Assembly (NCBI GenBank): GCA_021811055.1
Contig: JAJZPU010000001.1
Coordinates: forward strand, 1-50,233
Direction of reading: 5' to 3'
Origin: a bacterium
GTDB lineage: Bacteria; Patescibacteriota; Minisyncoccia; UBA6257; GWB1-50-10
DNA: 50,233 nucleotides
Shown here: piece by piece, positions 9,279 through 16,668 of the stretch
How positions within the stretch are numbered: position 1 is the first letter of the stretch
Layout: each line of letters begins with the position of its first letter
The notes under the pieces: generated by a model
The model's input: the letters and a program-made list of their open reading frames with translations, nothing else
What the model was told of the DNA's origin: nothing
The model's database searches: none
Program-made: the position numbers and the translations under genes

Positions 9279-10670
9279 TTTTCGGACGAATGGTCCGAGA
9301 GGCGTATCCTCTACTTCATATCCTAGCGCACGGACGTCATTTCTCAAAGCGTCGGCGTGGGTAAACTGTTTATGAATCCTGGATAACTCGCGTTCCGCAA
9401 CGAGTTCCGATACTTTTTCGGGAATCGCGGGGAGAATATCCTTAAATCCGAGGTTTTTAAGAGAAGAAATACAGACCTCTCTTGTTTTTTGCGCGACCCT
9501 CGGAGAGAGGGAATAGAGATCGTTATATGCCGCATTCATAAGTGTGTGCAGTGCGGCGAGCGCTTCGGGAGTATTGAAATCGTCTTCCATTGCTTTGTGG
9601 AATGAGACCTCGAATTTCGTTATTTCCGCCCGCAGTACATCCTCATTTTTTCCAGATCCTTTTTCCGCAACGAGGGCAAGTTGTGCGAGAAAATCGACAA
9701 TTTGCCGGAAATTCGTTTTTGTAAAAGAGACGGCATCGTCGGAAAAATTGAACGCGGCGCGATAGTGGTGCTGGAGTATCAAGAGACGGAATTCGTCTGG
9801 AGAGAGTTTGGAAAGTATGTCGTGCACGGTAACGAAATTACCGAGACTTTTCGACATTTTTTGTCCGTTCACCTGCAGGAATCCCACATGCATCCATAGT
9901 TTTACGAATGGTTTTTTCCCCGATGCCGATTCCTGTTGTGCAATTTCGGCTTCGTGATGTGGAAATTTCAAATCAACGCCGCCGCCGTGAATGTCGTATT
10001 GTATTCCGAAAAAAGATTCGGTGATAGCGGTGTCTTCTATATGCCATCCCGGGCGTCCGCTTCCGAACGGCGCGTCCCAGGATGGTTCATATTTTTTGTT
10101 TTCCGATGAAGAAAACTTCCAAAGACAAAAATCGCCCGTATTTTTTTTATTTCTGCTCGTATCGATCCGTGAGACACCGTCTTCCGCCTGTGCGATGGTG
10201 CGATGCGCGAGTTTTCCGTAATCGGGGAATTTGGAAAGATCGAAATACCATCCGTCTCCATCGATGCGGTACGCATATCCTTTTTTTATAAGCGTCGTCA
10301 CCTGGGAAATAATAGCGGGTATATGATCGGTTGCGCGTGCATATCGATCCACCATGCCGATGTTCAGAAGCGTATTATTCTCAATAAATTCCTTTTCGTA
10401 TCTTTCGGAAATGTTTTTCCATGATGTTTTTTCTTGCTCCGCTCGCGCGATAATCTTATCGTCCACGTCGGTGATGTTTTGAAGGTAGAACACCTTGAAT
10501 CCGCGGCTTCGAAGGTAGCGTACGATAATATCGAACGACATGAAGGTGCGGAGATTTCCGATATGGGGAGAATCGTATACGGTGGGACCGCAGACAAAAA
10601 GCTTCAGTTTTCTAAAGAAAGGTTTTTTTAAAATCTCTTTTTTTTCGGTAAGGGAATTATAGATAAGCAT
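9267..10670 (-). CDS. cysS: Cysteine--tRNA ligase
   Basis: VCGPTVYDSPHIGN (HIGH), GRPGWHIE, DIHGGGVDLKFPHHE, KMSKS. Confidence 0.98.
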   Translation of the reverse strand: MLIYNSLTEKKEILKKPFFRKLKLFVCGPTVYDSPHIGNLRTFMSFDIIVRYLRSRGFKVFYLQNITDVDDKIIARAEQEKTSWKNISERYEKEFIENNTLLNIGMVDRYARATDHIPAIISQVTTLIKKGYAYRIDGDGWYFDLSKFPDYGKLAHRTIAQAEDGVSRIDTSRNKKNTGDFCLWKFSSSENKKYEPSWDAPFGSGRPGWHIEDTAITESFFGIQYDIHGGGVDLKFPHHEAEIAQQESASGKKPFVKLWMHVGFLQVNGQKMSKSLGNFVTVHDILSKLSPDEFRLLILQHHYRAAFNFSDDAVSFTKTNFRQIVDFLAQLALVAEKGSGKNEDVLRAEITKFEVSFHKAMEDDFNTPEALAALHTLMNAAYNDLYSLSPRVAQKTREVCISSLKNLGFKDILPAIPEKVSELVAERELSRIHKQFTHADALRNDVRALGYEVEDTPLGPFVRKSIK

Positions 10671-10768
10671 AGTAGTAAGTATTTAGTAGTAAGTATTTAG
10701 TAGTAAGTATAAGCCCAGTGAGAAAATTGACTGTATACGTAATACTATATACTTTCTACTGGTTTCTA
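10670..10768. repeat. 14-bp (2x7) tandem repeat TAGTAGTAAGTATT x3 with an inverted heptamer arm
   Basis: Units at 10670-10683, 10684-10697 and 10698-10710; complementary arm tatacgt aatacta tatactt tctactg at about 10733-10761. Confidence 0.85.
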
Positions 10769-11731
10769 TGGGCTCCAGTTCAAGATGATGTCCTTTATAA
10801 CGGGAGTTTCCGTCTGGAGAAGGTCGCTTGCGAGACGCACCTTATATCGGAGATATCGGTAATTCGTGAAATCATTCCTTCGGACGCATATAGGAACGTT
10901 CGGAAGTGCGCACCCGACACCGCCATAGAGTGAGCTGGTGCACGAAAGACCATAGTACGTACTGGCGTCTCCCGAGGGGCCACGGTAGTTCCATGGACCG
11001 CTTGCGCTGTTCGACGCGGCTATCTGGAAATCGACACAGGTATTACCCGGGGAGTCTCCTTGCCAGATGATGCTGTTCAAAAGTGCGCCCGCCGTTGTTT
11101 GTGTATCGAAAATGGACGATTCGAGGTATCCGATGGAACTCGTCGCGCGCCATGTGGTATTTACCTTGAAATTAGAGGAAGCGCAGCTCGAATTGTTTGC
11201 GCAGTTAAAACTTATCCATCCGACGATATCATTCCACGCATAGCCGGAAAAATCGCCATCCGAACCTATTTGCACCTTATAATTCGAGGTGGCGCATTGA
11301 TTCGTGCCTCCGTGCGTCGATTGGTCGCAGTTAAAACTTATCCATCCGATCGTATCGTTCCATGCGTACCCGGAGAGAATTCCCGAAGCGTTGCCGTTCG
11401 GACAGGTGCCGTCCGTATTGTGCGGACCGGGACCGTTGCAAATGCCGTAATTCGAATACGCGCATACGCTTCCCACGGGACTTGTGGTGCAGTCGAGCGA
11501 AACGTCTCCCACGGAAGAGCTCGCGTATCCCTCGACGCGCGTACCTTTCACGAGCACGGTGTTGGTGCCGTTAAAATCCCACCATCCATCGGTGTCTTCC
11601 CACGCGTAACGTGTCGCCGCGGTAGCTCCGATATTCGTTTCGGCACGAACAAGCGGAAAAAGAAACACAAAGAAAAGCGCGCCACAAAGAAATCCGATAA
11701 GCGCATATCCGTATGTCTCGATCCGTTTCAT
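10766..11731 (-). CDS. Secreted protein with repeated GYAWNDxxGWISFNC motifs
   Basis: Signal peptide; three YAW..(D/G)..GW(I/W)(S/D)FN repeats (24-bp DNA identity at 11200-11223 and 11326-11349); C-terminal ESSIFDT..RYLRYKVRL domain. Confidence 0.75.
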   Translation of the reverse strand: MKRIETYGYALIGFLCGALFFVFLFPLVRAETNIGATAATRYAWEDTDGWWDFNGTNTVLVKGTRVEGYASSSVGDVSLDCTTSPVGSVCAYSNYGICNGPGPHNTDGTCPNGNASGILSGYAWNDTIGWISFNCDQSTHGGTNQCATSNYKVQIGSDGDFSGYAWNDIVGWISFNCANNSSCASSNFKVNTTWRATSSIGYLESSIFDTQTTAGALLNSIIWQGDSPGNTCVDFQIAASNSASGPWNYRGPSGDASTYYGLSCTSSLYGGVGCALPNVPICVRRNDFTNYRYLRYKVRLASDLLQTETPVIKDIILNWSP

Positions 11732-11778
11732 GTACCATCATTATATCATCAATTCGTCGATATTTTATAATGAATATA

Positions 11779-12921
11779 ATGGAGAAAAAACGATGGATAT
11801 ACGCGTTTTGCATCCTCGGAATCGTCATCGCGTGCGTAGTGGCGTATGGGGTGGGTGTTCCGTCTGGGGATTTTGGTTTTTTGCGCTTATTCTCCGCGGA
11901 TATCGGGACTGCGTTCTCCGCGATATTTTTAAGACAGGAAAGGCACATCGGTGAATTTGATTTTAAAAAGGAGACGTCCGATGCTAATAGCACAAGTATC
12001 GAGGAATGTGCGTTCGATGCGGTTTCCCGCCCGGAACGCGCGAAGATACTCATATATGAGATCGCGTGGATGGGGTCGAAAGACGATTATAAGGACGAAT
12101 GGATAGAGTTAAAGAATATTTCCGGTGAAGTGGTCGATATATCGTTATGGAAAATAAAAGATCGTAACGACATTTCTTTTTCGTTCTCGAAAGAAAAAAA
12201 AGTGCTTCCCGGTGAATTGATACTTATTGGAAAAAAGGGATCGGGAAGGGAGCAAATATTCAAGGGCTCGCTGAAGAACGAAGATGAGTATGTGCGCCTT
12301 TTTGATGCCGCGTGTGTATTGCAGGATGAGGCCGGGGGAACAACGTGGGAAGCCGGCAACAATAAAACAAAGCAAACGATGGAACGCGATACCGAGGGAT
12401 TCGGGTGGCACACTTCGAAGTTTGCTGGTGGAACGCCGGGGACGGAAAATTCACGACCGCAAACGCTGCCTCCGAAGCAGATTCAGAAAACGGAAACTCG
12501 AACCGGCGCGGTGGTCCCGGATAACAACGCAAAAACGGAAGACGCTACGACAACGGAAACGGCAAACCGGAAGAGTGCGGATACGATTTCCATCATTGAA
12601 GTGATGTCGGGGAAAGAGGGGAATGCGGCGTATGAGTTTATAAGACTTGGAAATCTTTCTGATAGTCCGGTAGATCTTACCGGATGGACGATAAAGAAGA
12701 GGAGCGGTACCGGAAAGGAGACAACACTGGTTTCGAAAACACGCCTTCAGGGGAAAAGCATTCCCGCGAGTGGATATTTTCTTCTTGCGAACGAGGGCGG
12801 TTATTCCGGCGTTCCGGTTCCCGATGCGTGGTGGCCGAAATCATATGCGCTCGCGCAATCGAATAACGCGGTGGTGCTCTACGGTCCGGACGGGGAAAAA
12901 GTAAGCGAGTTCTCGTGGTAA
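11779..12921 (+). CDS. Membrane-anchored protein with two lamin-tail domains
   Basis: IYEIAWMG...DEWIELKN..VDISLWKI and IIEVM...EFIRLGN..VDLTGWTI are LTD motifs. Start set at 11779 because TATAAT lies at 11766-11771. Confidence 0.8.
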   Translation: MEKKRWIYAFCILGIVIACVVAYGVGVPSGDFGFLRLFSADIGTAFSAIFLRQERHIGEFDFKKETSDANSTSIEECAFDAVSRPERAKILIYEIAWMGSKDDYKDEWIELKNISGEVVDISLWKIKDRNDISFSFSKEKKVLPGELILIGKKGSGREQIFKGSLKNEDEYVRLFDAACVLQDEAGGTTWEAGNNKTKQTMERDTEGFGWHTSKFAGGTPGTENSRPQTLPPKQIQKTETRTGAVVPDNNAKTEDATTTETANRKSADTISIIEVMSGKEGNAAYEFIRLGNLSDSPVDLTGWTIKKRSGTGKETTLVSKTRLQGKSIPASGYFLLANEGGYSGVPVPDAWWPKSYALAQSNNAVVLYGPDGEKVSEFSW

Positions 12922-12951
12922 GCCCGAAAAGTTTTTCACTGGGATAATTTT

Positions 12952-12980
12952 TCAGCCCATCTAAGAATAAGATGGGCTGA
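12952..12980. terminator. Hairpin, probable terminator between convergent genes
   Basis: TCAGCCCATCT / AGATGGGCTGA, a perfect 11-bp stem. Confidence 0.65.
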
Positions 12981-12987
12981 TGTAAAT

Positions 12988-13338
12988 TTATTGAATCGAA
13001 TTTTTCTTCGCTTCTTTCACTCGTCCAATCAAGCGAATGGTACGAGCAAAAGCGAGGGGTAGCATGCTTGCGTTCAATATCTTTTCGAACGCATTCATGG
13101 GTACGTTCTTTTCGAGAAGCTCGTTATATACAACGGTGTTCCCGTAGATTGCGTCAAAAAGGATAAGTGTAAACAATACCGTGCATACCAAAGTGATCAA
13201 CTGGCAGAACAGAGCTTCTCCAAAACGTTTTACAATATCACTCTGATACGATTCTTTTTTTGCTCTGTTTGATTTCAAGAGCGAAAAAGAAACAGACGCT
13301 AAGATTAAGACGACTAGAAGATTGGTATAAAATTCCAT
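12988..13338 (-). CDS. Hypothetical membrane protein (116 aa, about 3 TM)
   Basis: ORF with hydrophobic segments, AAGGA 9 nt upstream and its own consensus promoter. Confidence 0.7.
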   Translation of the reverse strand: MEFYTNLLVVLILASVSFSLLKSNRAKKESYQSDIVKRFGEALFCQLITLVCTVLFTLILFDAIYGNTVVYNELLEKNVPMNAFEKILNASMLPLAFARTIRLIGRVKEAKKNSIQ

Positions 13339-13379
13339 TCTCTTGATTCCTTCCGATTATGATTAAATTTTCTGTGACA

Positions 13380-13408
13380 ATTATAGCATATAAATATTAT
13401 ATTGTCAA
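13380..13408 (-). promoter_or_regulatory. Perfect sigma70 promoter TTGACA-17-TATAAT with extended TG
   Basis: Minus strand: TTGACA (13408-13403), atataatatttatatgc, TATAAT (13385-13380). Confidence 0.85.
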
Positions 13409-13413
13409 TATAT

Positions 13414-13447
13414 AAAAATGCCCTTCGAACTTTTAAGAACGAAGGGC
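13414..13447 (-). terminator. Intrinsic terminator on the minus strand
   Basis: GCCCTTCG / CGAAGGGC 8-bp stem followed on the minus strand by ATTTTT. Confidence 0.65.
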
Positions 13448-13599
13448 GAGAATGCCACATATTGTGGCGTAGGAGGTTATGGATCCGGAGACAGCATAAG
13501 GAGCAGGTCATGGTCAGAAATCTATCGAATTTCCATATTTAAAATACACAATATCTCAAACATCTATATATAGTATAGCACAAATAGGTATCGTATTTA

Positions 13600-13628
13600 T
13601 TGACTTTTTATATATATTGTGCTATAAT
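13600..13628 (+). promoter_or_regulatory. Sigma70 promoter TTGACT-17-TATAAT with extended TG
   Basis: TTGACT 13600-13605, TGc-TATAAT 13623-13628; SD AAAGGAGG at 13642-13649. Confidence 0.85.
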
Positions 13629-13656
13629 CGGCACAGAAACTAAAGGAGGATTTACA

Positions 13657-14094
13657 ATGCCAAATATGGTATTGCGATGCGCTGATTGCGGATATGAAGG
13701 GAAGGTAGTTGAATTTCTGGATTACGAAGAAGGCGCTTTTCCAAAGCAGCGCTGCCCTTCTTGTGGTTCGGAAAAAATTATTACCGAAAAAAAACAAAGC
13801 CCAATTCCAACAATTACCGGAAGAGTGTGTCAATTTTGTGGAAAAAAGGAAATTAAATATTTCTCGTTCAATTCCACAAGAGAAGATTCATACTTTTCGG
13901 ATAATCTTACGTGTTGTGAAGACGACGCGTGTAAAGAAGCTTTGAAAAGAAAAGTCATATCCTACGATAATAATCCGAAGCTCGTGCTCATTTCTTCTTT
14001 CTCTCCGTTGTCGTTCTCTCCGAGAGACAGAGTAAAAGCGGGGAAGTTTTTCAGAAAGATAACTTCCAAAACAATTCCATCTCATCCAAGGTAA
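13657..14094 (+). CDS. Hypothetical zinc-ribbon protein (CxxC..CPxC plus a second Cys cluster)
   Basis: ATG 7 nt after AAAGGAGG; CADC...CPSCGS resembles an FmdB-like ribbon, followed by CQFC...CCEDDAC. The ORF-track TTG at 13600 is the -35 box, not a start codon. Confidence 0.7.
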   Translation: MPNMVLRCADCGYEGKVVEFLDYEEGAFPKQRCPSCGSEKIITEKKQSPIPTITGRVCQFCGKKEIKYFSFNSTREDSYFSDNLTCCEDDACKEALKRKVISYDNNPKLVLISSFSPLSFSPRDRVKAGKFFRKITSKTIPSHPR

Positions 14095-14113
14095 CAAGGG
14101 TGAGATTTTTTTT
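14079..14113 (+). terminator. Intrinsic terminator
   Basis: ATCTCATCC / GGGTGAGAT stem followed by a T-run. Confidence 0.65.
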
Positions 14114-14140
14114 ATATTTCGTTTTAGGTATACTTCTCGT

Positions 14141-14614
14141 ATGATCGCCGTGCTCGACAATATACGGAGCGTACACAATGTCGGATCCATTTTTCGCACC
14201 GCGGATGGGGCGGGATTCGAAGAAATATATCTTTGCGGAGTAACGCCCACTCCCGTTGACCGCTTCGGAAAACTCAGAGGCGATTTCGCAAAGACGGCAC
14301 TTGGCGCGGAGAAAAAGGTAAAGTGGAAGTACGCCCCTTCGACGGCACGCGTCCTGAACACCTTGAAGAAAGAGGGATGGCATATTATCGCGCTTGAGCA
14401 GGCGAAGGGATCCGTATCATACCGAAAAGTGAAGATTCCGAAAAAACAGAAAGAAAAAACGGCACTTGTGGTGGGGAATGAGGTGAAGGGTATCCCGAAA
14501 TCCGTTTTGAAATATGCCGACACGATCATGGAAATACCCATGCGTGGGAAAAAGGAATCGTTGAACGTTTCCGTGTCGTTCGGCATCGCGGCATATGCGC
14601 TTGCCGACAATTGA
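14141..14614 (+). CDS. SpoU/TrmH family RNA methyltransferase
   Basis: LDNIRSVHNVGSIFRTAD, VGNEVKGI, EIPMRGKKESLNVSV. Confidence 0.93.
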   Translation: MIAVLDNIRSVHNVGSIFRTADGAGFEEIYLCGVTPTPVDRFGKLRGDFAKTALGAEKKVKWKYAPSTARVLNTLKKEGWHIIALEQAKGSVSYRKVKIPKKQKEKTALVVGNEVKGIPKSVLKYADTIMEIPMRGKKESLNVSVSFGIAAYALADN

Positions 14615-14627
14615 TATGCGACTATTC

Positions 14628-15092
14628 ATGAATAAAAAAATAATCGTTATCGCCGTTTTTATCGTTGTATGCGCGGGATATCTTGTGCTGTTTTCAAAAA
14701 AAGTTTCCGATGTGACGATAGAGAGACCGTTTGTGACCGTACACAACAAAAATATTTACGTGACTCTTGCACGGACACCAGATGAACAACAACGCGGACT
14801 TTCGGGAATGTCCGCGCTTCCGGAGGACGAAGGAATGTTATTTCTTTTCGGAGAAAAGCAGCGCATAGGATTTTGGATGAAAGAGATGAATTTTCCGATT
14901 GACATTGTGTGGATATCCGGACATACGGTCGTCGGCATTGAAAAGAACATCGATCCGCAGATCGGCGCGGAAGAAGAGGAATTGAGAATATATTACCCTC
15001 CGAAACCCACAGATACGGTACTCGAAATAAACGCGGGGAAAGCGGATGAATGGGGGATAACAATAGGAAATACGATTCTGTTTTCAGAGTAG
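14628..15092 (+). CDS. DUF192 family protein
   Basis: ARTPDEQQRGLS..GMLFLF..FWMKEMNFPIDIVWI..VLEINAG; N-terminal TM. Confidence 0.9.
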   Translation: MNKKIIVIAVFIVVCAGYLVLFSKKVSDVTIERPFVTVHNKNIYVTLARTPDEQQRGLSGMSALPEDEGMLFLFGEKQRIGFWMKEMNFPIDIVWISGHTVVGIEKNIDPQIGAEEEELRIYYPPKPTDTVLEINAGKADEWGITIGNTILFSE

Positions 15093-15101
15093 AGGGGCAA
15101 A

Positions 15102-15349
15102 AACAAATGTTTCATCACGAGAAGCCGCGGTTCAATTTTTCCGGCGAAAATTGCCCGCTGTCTCTCGGTATAAAAAGTCGCTTTGCGACACCAATCTTTT
15201 TATACCTGCGAGAACCTTCTCGTAACGAAAAATCTGTTTTTATTGATGCTTCTATCACATATTCTTTCTCATTGGAGCATCTTCGAAAATATGTCGATCT
15301 GCCAAGCTGGTAGATTACCCTTGCTCGAAAGTGTGTGATGAATCTTGTT
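15102..15349. ncRNA. Candidate unassigned structured RNA (multibranch)
   Basis: Closing stem TTCATCAC/GTGATGAA (15111-15118 / 15335-15342) encloses at least five hairpins; no convincing ORF. Confidence 0.35.
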
Positions 15350-15402
15350 CTAGGGGTCAATAACTAACAACTGTTCGTTATTTTGTTATATAATGTGTGT
15401 GT

Positions 15403-16431
15403 ATGACAAAAATAGCCATAAACGGGTTTGGGAGGATCGGTCGCTTGTTTTTCAGAAAGACATTTAGGGATAACGCTCTCGATATCCTTGCCATAAACGA
15501 TCTCGGAGATGTCGAAAATCTCGCGTATCTTTTGAAATACGATACAGTATATGGTCAGTACGAAAAAGAGGTGTATGCCGACGTTTCCGGAGAAGAAAAG
15601 TATCTTGTGGTGGATGGGAAGAAAATACGGTTCTTTCAGGAAAAAGATCCAATGAAGCTTCCATGGGGAATATTGGGAATCGATATCGTGCTCGAATCGA
15701 CCGGGGTATTCGAATCGTTCGAAAAAGCGAATATACATTGCACCGCGGGAGCGAAACGCACGATTCTTACGGCGCCCGCAAAAGACGCGGATGGCGCGAT
15801 CGGCAGAACGGTGCTTATGGGAATCAACGAGGACGCGTTGAAAGACGTGCGGGTAAGTTCGAATGCGTCGTGTACGACAAATGCCGCATCTCCCGCGATC
15901 CAAATTCTTCAGGAGACCATAGGTATCGAAAAAGCGATATTGAATACCGTGCATGGGTATACCGCAACGCAGAGTATTGTTGATGGACCGATAAGAGGAA
16001 ACGATTTTCGGAGGGGTCGTGCGGCCGCGCAGAATATTGTGCCCTCGACAACGGGAGCGGCGATCGCGGTGACGCGCGCGGTACCCGCGCTTGAGGGAAA
16101 ATTCGACGGTGTTTCGATGCGTGTGCCGGTGCCGTCGGGATCGGTCGCGGATATTACGTGCGTCATGAAGCGGGATACGACATCCGAAGAAATAAATACC
16201 ATATTCAGGAATGCGGCAAAGGAAAAGCGATGGGAGGGAATTCTCAAGGTGACCGAAGATCAGGTGGTATCATCGGACATTCTCGGTGAGCCGTACGGCG
16301 CGATTATCGATTGCGCATTTACGAAGGTGGTGGGAGGAAATCTCGTGAAAATTCTTTCGTGGTACGACAATGAGGCGGGATATGTGGCAATGCTCATAAA
16401 GCACGTGTATGCCACGGCGAAGTTTCTTTAA
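15403..16431 (+). CDS. gap: Type I glyceraldehyde-3-phosphate dehydrogenase
   Basis: AINGFGRIGR, ESTG, SNASCTTN, TGAA, RVP, WYDNE. Confidence 0.97.
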   Translation: MTKIAINGFGRIGRLFFRKTFRDNALDILAINDLGDVENLAYLLKYDTVYGQYEKEVYADVSGEEKYLVVDGKKIRFFQEKDPMKLPWGILGIDIVLESTGVFESFEKANIHCTAGAKRTILTAPAKDADGAIGRTVLMGINEDALKDVRVSSNASCTTNAASPAIQILQETIGIEKAILNTVHGYTATQSIVDGPIRGNDFRRGRAAAQNIVPSTTGAAIAVTRAVPALEGKFDGVSMRVPVPSGSVADITCVMKRDTTSEEINTIFRNAAKEKRWEGILKVTEDQVVSSDILGEPYGAIIDCAFTKVVGGNLVKILSWYDNEAGYVAMLIKHVYATAKFL

Positions 16432-16437
16432 CCTGTA

Positions 16438-16668
16438 ATGAAAAAAGAAAATGTGTTCCTATCGTGCATCGTATTCCTGCTTTTTTGCATTTTTCTTTTT
16501 TATGCCCATATCGAGATACGGCGGCTTATCGCGTTGCGCGTGAAGAGCGCGCTTGAATTGAGCCGCACCACTTCGGTATATCTCCGCACCATGCAGGCCG
16601 CATCCTCGTATGACGTGGAAAACAAAGGATCGTTTATTTTTCAAAATGAGAATGGAAGAAAACAATAA
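16438..16668 (+). CDS. Small hypothetical membrane protein
   Basis: 76-aa ORF with an N-terminal TM, filling the gap between gap and the next gene. Confidence 0.45.
   Translation: MKKENVFLSCIVFLLFCIFLFYAHIEIRRLIALRVKSALELSRTTSVYLRTMQAASSYDVENKGSFIFQNENGRKQ

Noticed and set aside
10670..10711. CRISPR array
   Set aside because: The 14-bp units are directly adjacent with no unique spacers, and there are no cas genes.
13314..13511. 65-aa minus-strand ORF
   Set aside because: It runs through a terminator and a consensus promoter and overlaps the start of the 116-aa gene.
15115..15360. 81-aa minus-strand ORF (and 87-aa plus ORF 15050..15313) as real genes
   Set aside because: Non-ATG start or overlap with the DUF192 gene, no recognisable motifs, and the interval is better explained by dense base-pairing.
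15403..16431. GAPDH inactive because of SCTTNA instead of SCTTNC
   Set aside because: The catalytic Cys is the first one and is present; loss of the second Cys is a known natural variant.
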